NCBI GenBank assembly: GCA_050012475.1
Contig: JBEKHC010000053.1
Span: 1 to 46,163, forward strand
Source: Candidatus Velthaea sp.
GTDB taxonomy: Bacteria; Vulcanimicrobiota; Vulcanimicrobiia; Vulcanimicrobiales; Vulcanimicrobiaceae
Reading direction: 5' to 3'
DNA length: 46,163 bases
Shown here: positions 8,978 to 18,015 of the stretch, piece by piece
Layout: each line of letters starts with the position of its first letter
How positions within the stretch are numbered: position 1 is the first letter of the stretch
Made by a program: the position numbers and the translations under genes
The notes under the pieces: generated by a model
Databases searched by the model: none
What the model was told of the DNA's origin: nothing
What the model saw: the letters and a program-made list of their open reading frames with translations, nothing else

Positions 8978-10276
8978 TTGGCAATCGTGAAATCGAAGAG
9001 CCTCTTCGCCCAGACCGCGCATACGCTGGGTTCGATGGCCGGAAACCAAGGGCTGCAAATCGCTGCCGGCATAGCGATCTCACGTGTCTACGGCCCACCT
9101 GGGAAAGGCCTGGTCACCTACGCCGGAATCGCCATCCTGGGCGCGATCGCGATCGCCGATGGGCTGAGTTCCGCAATCGCGCGACAGTGCGGCGACGCAA
9201 ACGCGAACGCTTCGGCTGCCTGCGCGGCGGCGCTGCGCATCATCCTCATCGTCTCTTTCGTCACCGCGGTTCCGCTCATCGTGCTCGGGGCCTGCATCCC
9301 GGCCCAGCGAGCGCTGCTGTTCGTGGGCATCGCTTTCCCGTTTGCACTCTTCGTGCAGGCGATGAGCGGTTTTCATCTTATCGCACTGCGGGTCGAACGC
9401 ACGAACGCCGCCTCGCTGGTCATCAACGCCGGCGCCGCGCTCGCAATGCTGGTCGCGACGTTGGTCGCCCACCCGCCGATCGAGACCATCATGGCGATCT
9501 GGACCGCCGGCTATTTCGCTGGAGCGGCCATCATTTTCCAGGGCCTAAGCCTCAAAGGTTCGGCTCCGGGCGCGGTCAGCGCCCTCTTTCGCACGCTCGT
9601 GCGCTTTGGGCTCCAAACGTCGGCGGCGTCGCTCATGTCGTTTCTGGCCGCACGCATCGACGTTTTCATCGTTGCGGCGACGCTGTCGGCCTCGGCGCTG
9701 GGCAACTACACTCTGGCTCTGGCGTGCGGTGAACTGATGTGGCAGCTCGGCCGAGCCATTTCCTGGTCGGCGTACGGCCGCGTCGCGACCGCTGCGTTCG
9801 ATCGGGCAGCGGATCTCACGGCGAAGATAACCCGCATCGTGCTGGCGGTCGAACTCGCGGCCGCGATCGTTGCCTTCGCGGTCGGGCCGGCCGTTTTCAC
9901 CTTCGTCTACGGTCCGGCGTTCGCCGATTCCGGTCCGGTGCTCCGGATTCTCGTGTTCGGCATGGCGCTGTACGCGGCCGATTCCATCCTAGGGTATTTC
10001 ATCTCGGTAAAGATCGGCCGGCCGGCAGTGGTCCTGCGGGTCGAAGCGGTGACGTTTTTGGTGTGCGCGGTGGGCTCGCTGTTGACGGTAGGACGCTTTG
10101 GAATGATCGGGCCAGCGATCGCGACGACGGCAGCCTATCTGGTGTCGTTCTCAGTAAAGTCGGCGCTCTTCGTCCGCGCGACCGGCAAAAGCCCGCTCTC
10201 ACTGCTCATCATCGGCTGGGCCGACCTTCGGCGGCCCCAACGGTCCGCCGACCGTGCCGGCTCGGCCGTAGCCTAG
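8978..10276 (+). CDS. wzx: Second Wzx-type flippase, paralog of the upstream gene
   Basis: SRVYGPPGKG, RIDVFIV, LGNYTLALACGELMWQ, VYGPAF; clear similarity to 7469-8773. Start TTG 8978 or GTG 8987. Confidence 0.85.
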   Translation: MAIVKSKSLFAQTAHTLGSMAGNQGLQIAAGIAISRVYGPPGKGLVTYAGIAILGAIAIADGLSSAIARQCGDANANASAACAAALRIILIVSFVTAVPLIVLGACIPAQRALLFVGIAFPFALFVQAMSGFHLIALRVERTNAASLVINAGAALAMLVATLVAHPPIETIMAIWTAGYFAGAAIIFQGLSLKGSAPGAVSALFRTLVRFGLQTSAASLMSFLAARIDVFIVAATLSASALGNYTLALACGELMWQLGRAISWSAYGRVATAAFDRAADLTAKITRIVLAVELAAAIVAFAVGPAVFTFVYGPAFADSGPVLRILVFGMALYAADSILGYFISVKIGRPAVVLRVEAVTFLVCAVGSLLTVGRFGMIGPAIATTAAYLVSFSVKSALFVRATGKSPLSLLIIGWADLRRPQRSADRAGSAVA

Positions 10277-10359
10277 CGACCCGCGAGCGCCGATCACATG
10301 TTTATGGGACATACCAACGTCACTGGCGGTCACCTGCGCTGCCGAGCAAGAGTACTACA

Positions 10360-11679
10360 ATGGAGTCAATAGGAATCGCGCTGATCGCGATCGGCATCGC
10401 ACCCTTCGCGCTGTATTTCACGCTCAAGCGGCCGCTCATTTTCCCGCTTGGACTGTATATCATGATGGTGCCGGTCGACGGCTTGCTGCTCAATTCGTCG
10501 ACGGCGACCCTCACCCGGTTCGTCGGTATCGCAACGAGCGTGGCCCTGCTCTTCCACATGGTGATCATGCGGCGCGTCCTCGTACCACCCAAGAGCTGGG
10601 CGATTTGGGGCATCTTCATGCTGCTGGCGTCGCTGACTGGGCTCTGGACCATCGATCCCGACCGCACGGCGTTCACGATATCGCAGCTGATCGCGTTGTA
10701 CGTCTTCTTTACGATCTTGGCGTTGTATCCGGCGGATCGCAAAGACGTGCGCATCGTGGGCGCGCTGATCGTTGCGTCGGGCGTGCTCTTTGCGGCATGG
10801 GGTTTGTTTGATTATCTGACCGGCATCCGCTTCCAGGGCCGGGCATCGGTGTTCATGGGCGCGACGATGCTCGATCCGAACCACGCCGCCGCGTCGCTGC
10901 TGCTGCCGGTCGCGTTGGCCGTCGGGACGCTGCTCGAAACGCGCAACATCTGGCTGCGCCTGGCCTCGCTGGTTTCGTCGGGCATGATGGTCGCGCTGCT
11001 GTTCTTGACCGGCTCGCGCGGTGGCCTGATCGCGCTTGCCGTGATGCTGCTGTACATCGCCTGGCGCACCCGTTACCGCTTTCAAATCCTGGCGATCATG
11101 GCCGTCGGCGGCCTCGCAAGTCTGTTGGCGCCCACGGTTTGGGACCGATTTGCGGACAAGGATCTGGGCGGCGGCAGCGGCCGGCTCTTCATTTGGGACG
11201 TGGCTCGGCTCGCCCTCAAGGACCACTGGCTGGCCGGCGCGGGGGTCGGCGCCTTCCCCGCGGCTTACAACCACGCGCTGTTCTCGATCTACCAACCGGT
11301 TTTCCAAGGCTGGTCGCGGCCTTCGCATAATGCGTTTCTGTGCGCGTTCGTCGAGCTGGGCATCTTCGGCGGCGTGCTCCATATCATCGCTTGGTACCGC
11401 TCTTGGAGCGATTCGCGCGGGAACGTCGTGATCGAAGCCGCGATCGTCGGTCTTGCGATCGCATCCGTCTTCCTCGACGTTCTGTGGTTCAAGTACATCT
11501 GGCTGGCCTTCATGATGGCTGTGCTGGTGAAAAATGCGTCGGCGCCGCGGTACCTGCGCGGCGAGCAAAGACCGCCCGTGCAGATCGGGCGCGACAATAT
11601 CGTTTCCCGCCGACAGCCGTGGCGCAACCGCCAGTGGGTCCCGGCGAATGCAAAAGGTGACAAAGCCGTTGGACTCTGA
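10360..11679 (+). CDS. O-antigen ligase / Wzy polymerase family protein
   Basis: Polytopic; DPNHAA, LTGSRGG, GRLFIW, GAGVGAF and SHNAFL..FVELGIFG (Wzy_C motifs). Confidence 0.9.
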   Translation: MESIGIALIAIGIAPFALYFTLKRPLIFPLGLYIMMVPVDGLLLNSSTATLTRFVGIATSVALLFHMVIMRRVLVPPKSWAIWGIFMLLASLTGLWTIDPDRTAFTISQLIALYVFFTILALYPADRKDVRIVGALIVASGVLFAAWGLFDYLTGIRFQGRASVFMGATMLDPNHAAASLLLPVALAVGTLLETRNIWLRLASLVSSGMMVALLFLTGSRGGLIALAVMLLYIAWRTRYRFQILAIMAVGGLASLLAPTVWDRFADKDLGGGSGRLFIWDVARLALKDHWLAGAGVGAFPAAYNHALFSIYQPVFQGWSRPSHNAFLCAFVELGIFGGVLHIIAWYRSWSDSRGNVVIEAAIVGLAIASVFLDVLWFKYIWLAFMMAVLVKNASAPRYLRGEQRPPVQIGRDNIVSRRQPWRNRQWVPANAKGDKAVGL

Positions 11680-12697
11680 AGCAACCAGACTCGTGACGCC
11701 CGACGACAGCGCGGTACTTCCGCCGCTCGGGCGGGCGTTTCTCATCGTACCGTTTCTCAACGAAGCAGCGAGTTTGCCGGATGTTTTGGCCTCGATTGCC
11801 GCGCAGAACATTCTTCCCGAGCGCATCTTCCTCGTCGCCATCGATAGCGGATCGACCGACGACGGGCCGGCAATCGTCCGCGAGTTCATCGCCCGCGGCC
11901 CGATCGACGGCGTCGTCTTGCGTTCCGAGGTGCGTTCGATCCCGGCGGCCCTCAATACCGGATTTCGCTGGGTCGGCGACCGCGGCGTGACGGTTCGGCT
12001 CGACGCGCATACGGTCTACGATCCCGAATACGTGCCGACGATCGTGCGCGAGTTCTCCGAACAGCCCGAATCGGTATGGTGCATCGGCGGTCCGCAAACC
12101 CCCGAACCAGCAAACGAATTCGGCCGCGCGCTGGTCGTCGCGTTCATGACCAATCCGATCGGCCTCGGCTTTTCAACCCATCGGTTTGCTCGCGAGCCGC
12201 GTCTGGTCAATAACGTGTATCTCGGCGCCTTCCGGGCCGGCGTGGTGCAGAAAATCGGGTATTTCGACGAACGCTGGCGCGCCAACGAAGACAGCGAAAT
12301 CATGGCCCGCATCGTCGAGGCGGGCGGCCAGATCCTGTGGGTTCCGATCAAAAGCGCCTATCGCGTCAACCGCGGCCCGATCGCGACCCTGCGGCAATGG
12401 TCGCGCTATGGATTTTGGCGCGCGCAGACCATCAAGCGTCATCCGAGCGTGCTTGGAATTCGCCACTTGATCCCGCCGGCCGCGCTCGCGATCGGCGCCG
12501 CATTGCTCCTTACACCGCTGCGCATCATGCTTGCACCGCTCATGCTCGTCTATGCGCTCGCGATCGTTCGGATGCGGCCCAGCGGTGAGAATCCCAGCGT
12601 CACCGCCGCGTCGCTGGTGTACTTTCCCGCGGCGCACGCACTCAACGCGTTCGGCTTGATTTCCGGATTTCTGCGGCCGCTGCCGACGAATCGGTAA
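11648..12697 (+). CDS. Glycosyltransferase family 2 (ExoA-like)
   Basis: IVPFLNEA, DSGSTDD, RLDAH, GYFDE..ANEDSE, QWSRYGFWR, C-terminal hydrophobic segments. Confidence 0.9.
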   Translation: MQKVTKPLDSEATRLVTPDDSAVLPPLGRAFLIVPFLNEAASLPDVLASIAAQNILPERIFLVAIDSGSTDDGPAIVREFIARGPIDGVVLRSEVRSIPAALNTGFRWVGDRGVTVRLDAHTVYDPEYVPTIVREFSEQPESVWCIGGPQTPEPANEFGRALVVAFMTNPIGLGFSTHRFAREPRLVNNVYLGAFRAGVVQKIGYFDERWRANEDSEIMARIVEAGGQILWVPIKSAYRVNRGPIATLRQWSRYGFWRAQTIKRHPSVLGIRHLIPPAALAIGAALLLTPLRIMLAPLMLVYALAIVRMRPSGENPSVTAASLVYFPAAHALNAFGLISGFLRPLPTNR

Positions 12698-13310
12698 ACG
12701 GCGAGCGATTCGGAAGCGGCACGCTGCTGCTGCTGCTGCGAAACAGGCGCGAGTGTTTGTTCGCTCAAGTTTTTTTCGTGTCGTTGCGACCGTGACATCG
12801 CCCAGTGTGTCGGCCTTTGCCCGATATACGACGACAGTATGGGTGCGCTCGGCTTCGCTCGGCACACCCTGCGGCTCGGCGAAGCCGAACGCGATGAATT
12901 CGTCGAGCGAAGCCTGAGCGAATCCACTAGTACAAAAGTAACTTTCATCGCAGTATAGGACGAAGTACCCATTTTTTGTGCGACGAGCGCGACGTATTGA
13001 CTTTTGCCGCGCTCGATAACTGCTGCAACACGCAGCGTTATCACATCGCGCGACGTTTGTCGTCGCGGAATTGCACATGCTCGCGATGCATCGTGCACAC
13101 TCCTTTTTTCGCTCGTCGTGCACGTGACAGTAACGAGTTCTCGCAGTTGAGTTAGAACCGAGCTGCGTGTTTTTCTGCGTTTGGTTTACGCCTTAGCGCA
13201 CACATGCACGAAACAGGATGCAGGTCACTTTACTCACTGGAGTCGTTCACGTAACCTGGGAAACAAGGACGTAGGACGCGTCACAACGGCAAACCTTTGC
13301 CATGTTCGGC

Positions 13311-13331
13311 CCGAGATGATTATCATCTCGG
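13311..13331. promoter_or_regulatory. Perfect 10-1-10 inverted repeat, candidate operator
   Basis: CCGAGATGAT-T-ATCATCTCGG in an AT-richer intergenic region, about 120 bp upstream of the malectin lipoprotein. Confidence 0.5.
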
Positions 13332-13451
13332 CCTTGATCGACTCGTCCGAAATTTGTTGCTCAATAGTTCTCGGCCTAAGTGTCGGACTCTATTGTTGTG
13401 TCGTCGTGCGCTCGATTTGCAGCGCGCGTCCCGGAGAATGATTCGCAGCCG

Positions 13452-15152
13452 ATGCAAGTTTACTTGAAGACTGGTGTACTTTTCTGTGTCCTGGGACTCG
13501 CAGCGTGCGGGGGCGGCGGCGCAAGCGTCGCGCCAAGCCAGATCGGAACAAACTCTGCGGCGAATCAGATCGTCGCGGATTCGCCAACGAGCCAGACTGC
13601 ACCAGGCTCCACGACGGGCTTGCCGTCCGGTTCGAGTGCCAATGTCTCGCAAAACGCGGGCACGGCGACGACCACCGCCGCAACGACCGCTGCCACCACG
13701 AGCGAAATCGCGATCAATGCAGGCGGATCAGGAACGGGAAACTGGCTTTCCGATACCGATTACAGCGGCGGCTGGTCATCGACGGTTTCAAGCACGATCA
13801 ACACCAGCGGGGTGTCGAACCCCGCACCGCAATCCGTTTACCAAAGCCAGCGCGCCGCCTCGGCACTAACGTACTCGATTCCCAACCTGAGCGCCAACAC
13901 GACGTACACGATCCGGTTGCACTTCGTCGAGTCGTTCTTTAGCGCTGCGGGAAAACGCCAGTTCAACGTCACGATCAACGGGACGCAGGCGCTCGCTAAC
14001 TTCGACATCTTTGCCAATGCAGGCGGCAAGAATATTGCTGTCGTCAAGCAATTTACGGCGAATTCCGGTACTTCGGGGACGATCGCGATCCAAATGAACG
14101 CGACCGTGAACAACGCGTCGATCGCGGGCATCGAAGTCATCGGCGGCGGAATAACGGCGCCCGCGCCTCCGGCCACGACGCCGACGCCGAGTCCGGCAGG
14201 CGGCAGCGCCGGCGGCTGGCCCGCAGCGGGCTGGTTGCCGTATCCTTCGGGACCGCTGACGCAACAGGTGGGCTCCAACCCGAGCTACATCTCCAACAGC
14301 GCGAGCATCGTCAACACGCTGTGGAGCGGCCGCTCCTCGGATGCCGGCTTACTGCAAGTGTACGCGGGCCGGCCGCCGTCGTCGGGCAATGACTGGAGCG
14401 CCGACGTGCTGTATTTTGGCCACTCGGGCGACCCGCAGTACAAGATCAATTGCTTCGATTATGGCGGTGGTTGCCCGGCTTCAGGCGTGACGGTGCACAT
14501 TCCCAGAGGCGCCTACCCCGAAGGGGGCTCGGATCATCACATCGGTATTCGTGACACGGTCACTGGCCAGGACGTGTTGCTCTGGAACGCGCCGGTACCA
14601 AACGGCTCGGGTGGAACCTACTCCGTCGGCTGGGGCGCCGTCATCAACAGCAATAGCCAGGGCATCGACGCCGTCGGCTCGACTGCTTCAGGCATATCCG
14701 CCCTTTGGGCGATCCGCGAGACCGACCTGGCGCATAATTCGATCAATCACGCCATCGTCGTGACGATCAACGGCGAATCCAGCCAAGGCTTCGTGTATCC
14801 TGCGGTCGGCGACGACAATCAATACTATCGCAGCAACTACCCCGAGATGGGGGCGCACTTCTGGCTTGACGTCGCGCCGAGTCAACTGCCCTCGAACTGC
14901 CCCGCCTATGCCGTTTCCTATCTGACCGCTTTGCACAATTACGGCGCGTACTTCGTCGACTACGGCGACGTCTCGTCCGTGTTCGGAGTGCTCGCGGAAA
15001 GCGACATGAGCTACACGTACGACGGTGGCGCCAGCGTTTGGGGTCCGTTCATGTCGAGTCTGGGACAAAGCTCATCGGGCGTTAGTAACTTGATGATCAA
15101 CAACTGCGGCATCAACATGCAAACGCACATGCACATCTTGACTCCGCCGTAA
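13452..15152 (+). CDS. Lipoprotein with one malectin (CBM57-like) domain and an uncharacterised C-terminal domain
   Basis: Lipobox LAAC-GGGG and a Ser/Thr linker. Malectin signature AINAGG...VYQSQR...YTIRLHFVE...GKRQFNVTING...NFDIF...AGIEV. Pro linker, then a C-domain shared with two paralogs. Confidence 0.85.
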   Translation: MQVYLKTGVLFCVLGLAACGGGGASVAPSQIGTNSAANQIVADSPTSQTAPGSTTGLPSGSSANVSQNAGTATTTAATTAATTSEIAINAGGSGTGNWLSDTDYSGGWSSTVSSTINTSGVSNPAPQSVYQSQRAASALTYSIPNLSANTTYTIRLHFVESFFSAAGKRQFNVTINGTQALANFDIFANAGGKNIAVVKQFTANSGTSGTIAIQMNATVNNASIAGIEVIGGGITAPAPPATTPTPSPAGGSAGGWPAAGWLPYPSGPLTQQVGSNPSYISNSASIVNTLWSGRSSDAGLLQVYAGRPPSSGNDWSADVLYFGHSGDPQYKINCFDYGGGCPASGVTVHIPRGAYPEGGSDHHIGIRDTVTGQDVLLWNAPVPNGSGGTYSVGWGAVINSNSQGIDAVGSTASGISALWAIRETDLAHNSINHAIVVTINGESSQGFVYPAVGDDNQYYRSNYPEMGAHFWLDVAPSQLPSNCPAYAVSYLTALHNYGAYFVDYGDVSSVFGVLAESDMSYTYDGGASVWGPFMSSLGQSSSGVSNLMINNCGINMQTHMHILTPP

Positions 15153-15483
15153 GGCGAACGCGGCCTCCAGCGCCGCATGGCGTCTTGCCTGTCGTTCCAC
15201 CAGGCAAGAATCCGTGCGGCGCTGCTGCGTTCCGCGGCAGATATCGCGCGCAGACCGGAACGTTCCGCGTTCCGGACTTCGCCGTTCAACCGGGTATCGG
15301 CAAAGCGCTCGTCTGCACCCACGCAAAATCGCTCCAATCGTCCGGGCGAAGTCGGGTCATTTGAGAACGTCAACAGAGGCCGAAAGGCCCCATGCATATG
15401 GGAGCGACTTCTGCCGAGTTCAGCGAAGTCTGTGTCCGAGCAGTCGCCGGGCAACGTCGTCGCCCAGAAACGAACAAGTCGCC

Positions 15484-15855
15484 ATGAACGATCTGGCTTC
15501 AATTCCGTCATTCGTCCAACTGGCCGACATTTCTCCAACGACGCGGAGTGCGGATCACGGCGGCGTTGGCGCGATCGCGTTTCGGCGGCTGCTCACCGAC
15601 ACCGCTTTTGCCTCGGCGATCGATTTTGTCGACGTGAGCGTCATCCCGCCCGCGAGCACGATCGGCAAACACGAGCATCACAACTCAGAGGAGCTTTATT
15701 TTATTGCATCCGGCGCCCCGCTCGTCACCGTCAACGGCAACTCTCGCCGATTGACGCGCGGAGACGTAAGCGTGGTACGCTCCGGCGAATGGCACGAACT
15801 CGTCAACGACACCGCGGAGCCCGTCGAGATCTTCGTGGTACAGGTTCATCTATGA
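15484..15855 (+). CDS. Cupin domain protein
   Basis: IGKHEHHNSEELYFIASG and GDVSVVRSGEWHELVN cupin motifs; ATGA overlap with the next gene. Confidence 0.85.
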   Translation: MNDLASIPSFVQLADISPTTRSADHGGVGAIAFRRLLTDTAFASAIDFVDVSVIPPASTIGKHEHHNSEELYFIASGAPLVTVNGNSRRLTRGDVSVVRSGEWHELVNDTAEPVEIFVVQVHL

Positions 15856-16997
15856 ACGGTGCCGCTCGCAGCCTGGAAGAAAAGAGCTTTGAACGGCATC
15901 GGATTCTGTCGATGTCGGCGTCGAAAACCGTCGCCTACGAGATCGAGCACACCCGCGCACCGATCTTCGATCTCTGCGACAACACGCTTGCCGACGCCGT
16001 AGAAGGTCGACCGGTCTTCATCGTCATCGACGAACGATTGTGGGCAGCGCATGGATCGCAGGTCGAGAGCTATGCTCAGTCGAGGCTGCACTGCCTGGGC
16101 GTCATCCGTCTTCCCGGCAGCGAAGCGACCAAATCGCTCGACGCGGTTGCCGCGCTGTGTAATGCTGCGATCGAAAAACATTTGCCGCGTCACGGCGCGT
16201 TCATCGCCGTTGGCGGCGGAACGATCCTCGACATGGTCGGATTCGTGGCCTCGATCTATCGGCGCGGAATCGCGTACGTTCGCGTTCCAACGACGCTCAT
16301 CGGAATGATCGACGTCGGCGTCGGGATCAAGCAAGCGATCAACTTCAAGCACAAAAAGAATGTTCTCGGCTCGTTCTATCCGCCGCTCTGCACGATCAAT
16401 GACGTTCGATTCCTCTGGCAGTTACCGCGCCGCGAGCTGGCGTGCGGAATGGCTGAAGCACTCAAGATTTTCCTGTTGTGCGATGCGCCGGCGTTTGAGC
16501 TGCTCGAGGAACACGCGCTCGAACTCATGGAAAGCCGCCTTCGCTCCCCCGAACCCGTCGCCGAAACCTTCTTATTGCGGGCTCAGATCGCCATGATGGA
16601 GCAGCTATCCACGAACCTGTTCGAGCATGAATTACAGCGACTCGTCGATTTCGGGCATTCGTTCAGTCCGATCATCGAAACGATGAGCGACTACGCGGTC
16701 GCACATGGCGAAGCCGTTGCGCTCGACATGCTCCTCTCTACCGCGATCGCCGTCGGCCGCAAACTCTGCGATGCAAGCCTCATGTCGCGGCTGATCCGCC
16801 TGTATGGAAACATCGGGCTCCCGACGACCCATCCTCTCCTTTCGCCGCTCTTGATGGAACGCGCACTCGTCGAGACACGAGCCCATCGCGGCGGGGTTAC
16901 GAATCTGGTCGTACCTGCCGGTCTCGGCGCCGCACACTTTCTGCAAGACGTTTCCTACGACGAAATTGCGCTTGCGCTTCGATCGATCGCCGCCTGA
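15852..16997 (+). CDS. Sedoheptulose-7-phosphate cyclase, 2-epi-5-epi-valiolone synthase (ValA/AcbC) type
   Basis: DHQS-superfamily GGGTILD and RVPTTLIGMIDVGVGIK, plus the EEVS-type segment MMEQLSTNLFEHELQRLVDFGHSFSP. AroB has LNLGHT and DDGS has IAYGHTWSP at this position. Confidence 0.88.
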   Translation: MNGAARSLEEKSFERHRILSMSASKTVAYEIEHTRAPIFDLCDNTLADAVEGRPVFIVIDERLWAAHGSQVESYAQSRLHCLGVIRLPGSEATKSLDAVAALCNAAIEKHLPRHGAFIAVGGGTILDMVGFVASIYRRGIAYVRVPTTLIGMIDVGVGIKQAINFKHKKNVLGSFYPPLCTINDVRFLWQLPRRELACGMAEALKIFLLCDAPAFELLEEHALELMESRLRSPEPVAETFLLRAQIAMMEQLSTNLFEHELQRLVDFGHSFSPIIETMSDYAVAHGEAVALDMLLSTAIAVGRKLCDASLMSRLIRLYGNIGLPTTHPLLSPLLMERALVETRAHRGGVTNLVVPAGLGAAHFLQDVSYDEIALALRSIAA

Positions 16998-17001
16998 AGA
17001 A

Positions 17002-18015
17002 ATGCGCGCCCCGGTGACATGCGTCGTCGCGGACTTAGGCGGCACCTTCTTGCGCTGCGCGATCGTTTTCGCCGACGGATCGATCGGAACGATCGAACGC
17101 TTTCGGCTGGGCGGAGACGCCCTGTCGCGCACCAGCGACATTTGGACCGAGGTGATCGACGCAATTGCCGGCTACGTCGACCGGCACTACGCAAAGATCC
17201 CGCCGTCGGCGACGATCGCCTTCGCGTTTCCGGGACCGATCGCCGGCGGCAAGATCACCTCCGCGCCGACCGTACTCGGCGGCGAGACCGTAACGCCGGA
17301 CGTGCGTTCGCTGCTCGCCGCCCGCACCCGCCGTGAGGTAATCGTCGTCAACGACGTTTCGGCTGCGGCATGGTATTTCGGCGACCGCATTTCGGCCGAC
17401 CGGTTCGTCGTCGTAACGGTGAGCAGCGGAATCGGTGCAAAGATCTTCGATCGCCGGCATCCGCTCGGGGTGCTCGACGACGTTCCATGGTCCGGCGAGA
17501 TCGGCCATCTGGTGGTCGAGAACCATCCTGATGCGCCGATCTGCGACTGCGGCGGCCTCGGCCACCTCGGCGCGCTTTCCTCAGCGCGCGGCTTCGAGCG
17601 GCAAGCCCGCCTGGCGGCGGCAATCGATCCGGCGAGCTTTTCGCGAAGTGCGAACGTCACGCACTTCGGCGCCACGCCCGCCACGCTGAACAACGAAGAG
17701 CACCTCGTCCCCGCACTGCGCGCTGCCGACCCGTGGTCGCTGGCACTCCTGCGTTCGGCGATCCGGCCGCTGGCGCAGGTCCTGCGCATCTTGTGCGTCG
17801 GCAGCGGCTTGGACGCGATCGTGCTCATGGGCGGCTTCGTCGAGGCACTGGGAGAACCGTACGCGGCGCTCGTGCGAGATGCCGTCGGCATGCTTTCGGA
17901 TTGCGGGCCGGCGCGACCCGACATGCCCACCCCGATCTTCCTCGTAGGCGCCGGTGAGGAGCCGTCGCTCATCGGAGCCGCGGCTTACGCTCGCGCGTAC
18001 CGTCTGGTGTCATGA
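17002..18015 (+). CDS. ROK family kinase, C7-cyclitol 7-kinase (ValC/AcbM)-like
   Basis: ADLGGTFLR, FAFPGP, VNDVSAAAW, TVSSGIG, GEIGH, CDCGGLGHLGALSSARG; directly downstream of the cyclase. Confidence 0.82.
   Translation: MRAPVTCVVADLGGTFLRCAIVFADGSIGTIERFRLGGDALSRTSDIWTEVIDAIAGYVDRHYAKIPPSATIAFAFPGPIAGGKITSAPTVLGGETVTPDVRSLLAARTRREVIVVNDVSAAAWYFGDRISADRFVVVTVSSGIGAKIFDRRHPLGVLDDVPWSGEIGHLVVENHPDAPICDCGGLGHLGALSSARGFERQARLAAAIDPASFSRSANVTHFGATPATLNNEEHLVPALRAADPWSLALLRSAIRPLAQVLRILCVGSGLDAIVLMGGFVEALGEPYAALVRDAVGMLSDCGPARPDMPTPIFLVGAGEEPSLIGAAAYARAYRLVS

Noticed and set aside
12173..13123. 316-aa and 182-aa minus-strand ORFs over the GT2 end and intergenic region
   Set aside because: They overlap the GT2 antisense and have no recognisable domain or typical codon pattern.
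13270..13310. c-di-GMP-I riboswitch (GGCAAAC)
   Set aside because: It lacks the downstream GAAA tetraloop stem and GACGCAAA; GGCAAA simply pairs with the adjacent TTTGCC.
15177..15851. N-terminal extensions in the ORF track (606-aa cyclase; similarly 9739, 3663, 5116, 40574, 43510 starts)
   Set aside because: The extensions overlap other real genes or are Arg-rich nonsense. Downstream starts fit the family N-termini, and several give stop/start coupling.
15852..16997. Housekeeping aroB, or mycosporine DDG synthase
   Set aside because: The active-site segment NLFE..LQRLVDFGHSFSP is EEVS-type; there is no aroK/aroC context and no ATP-grasp ligase.
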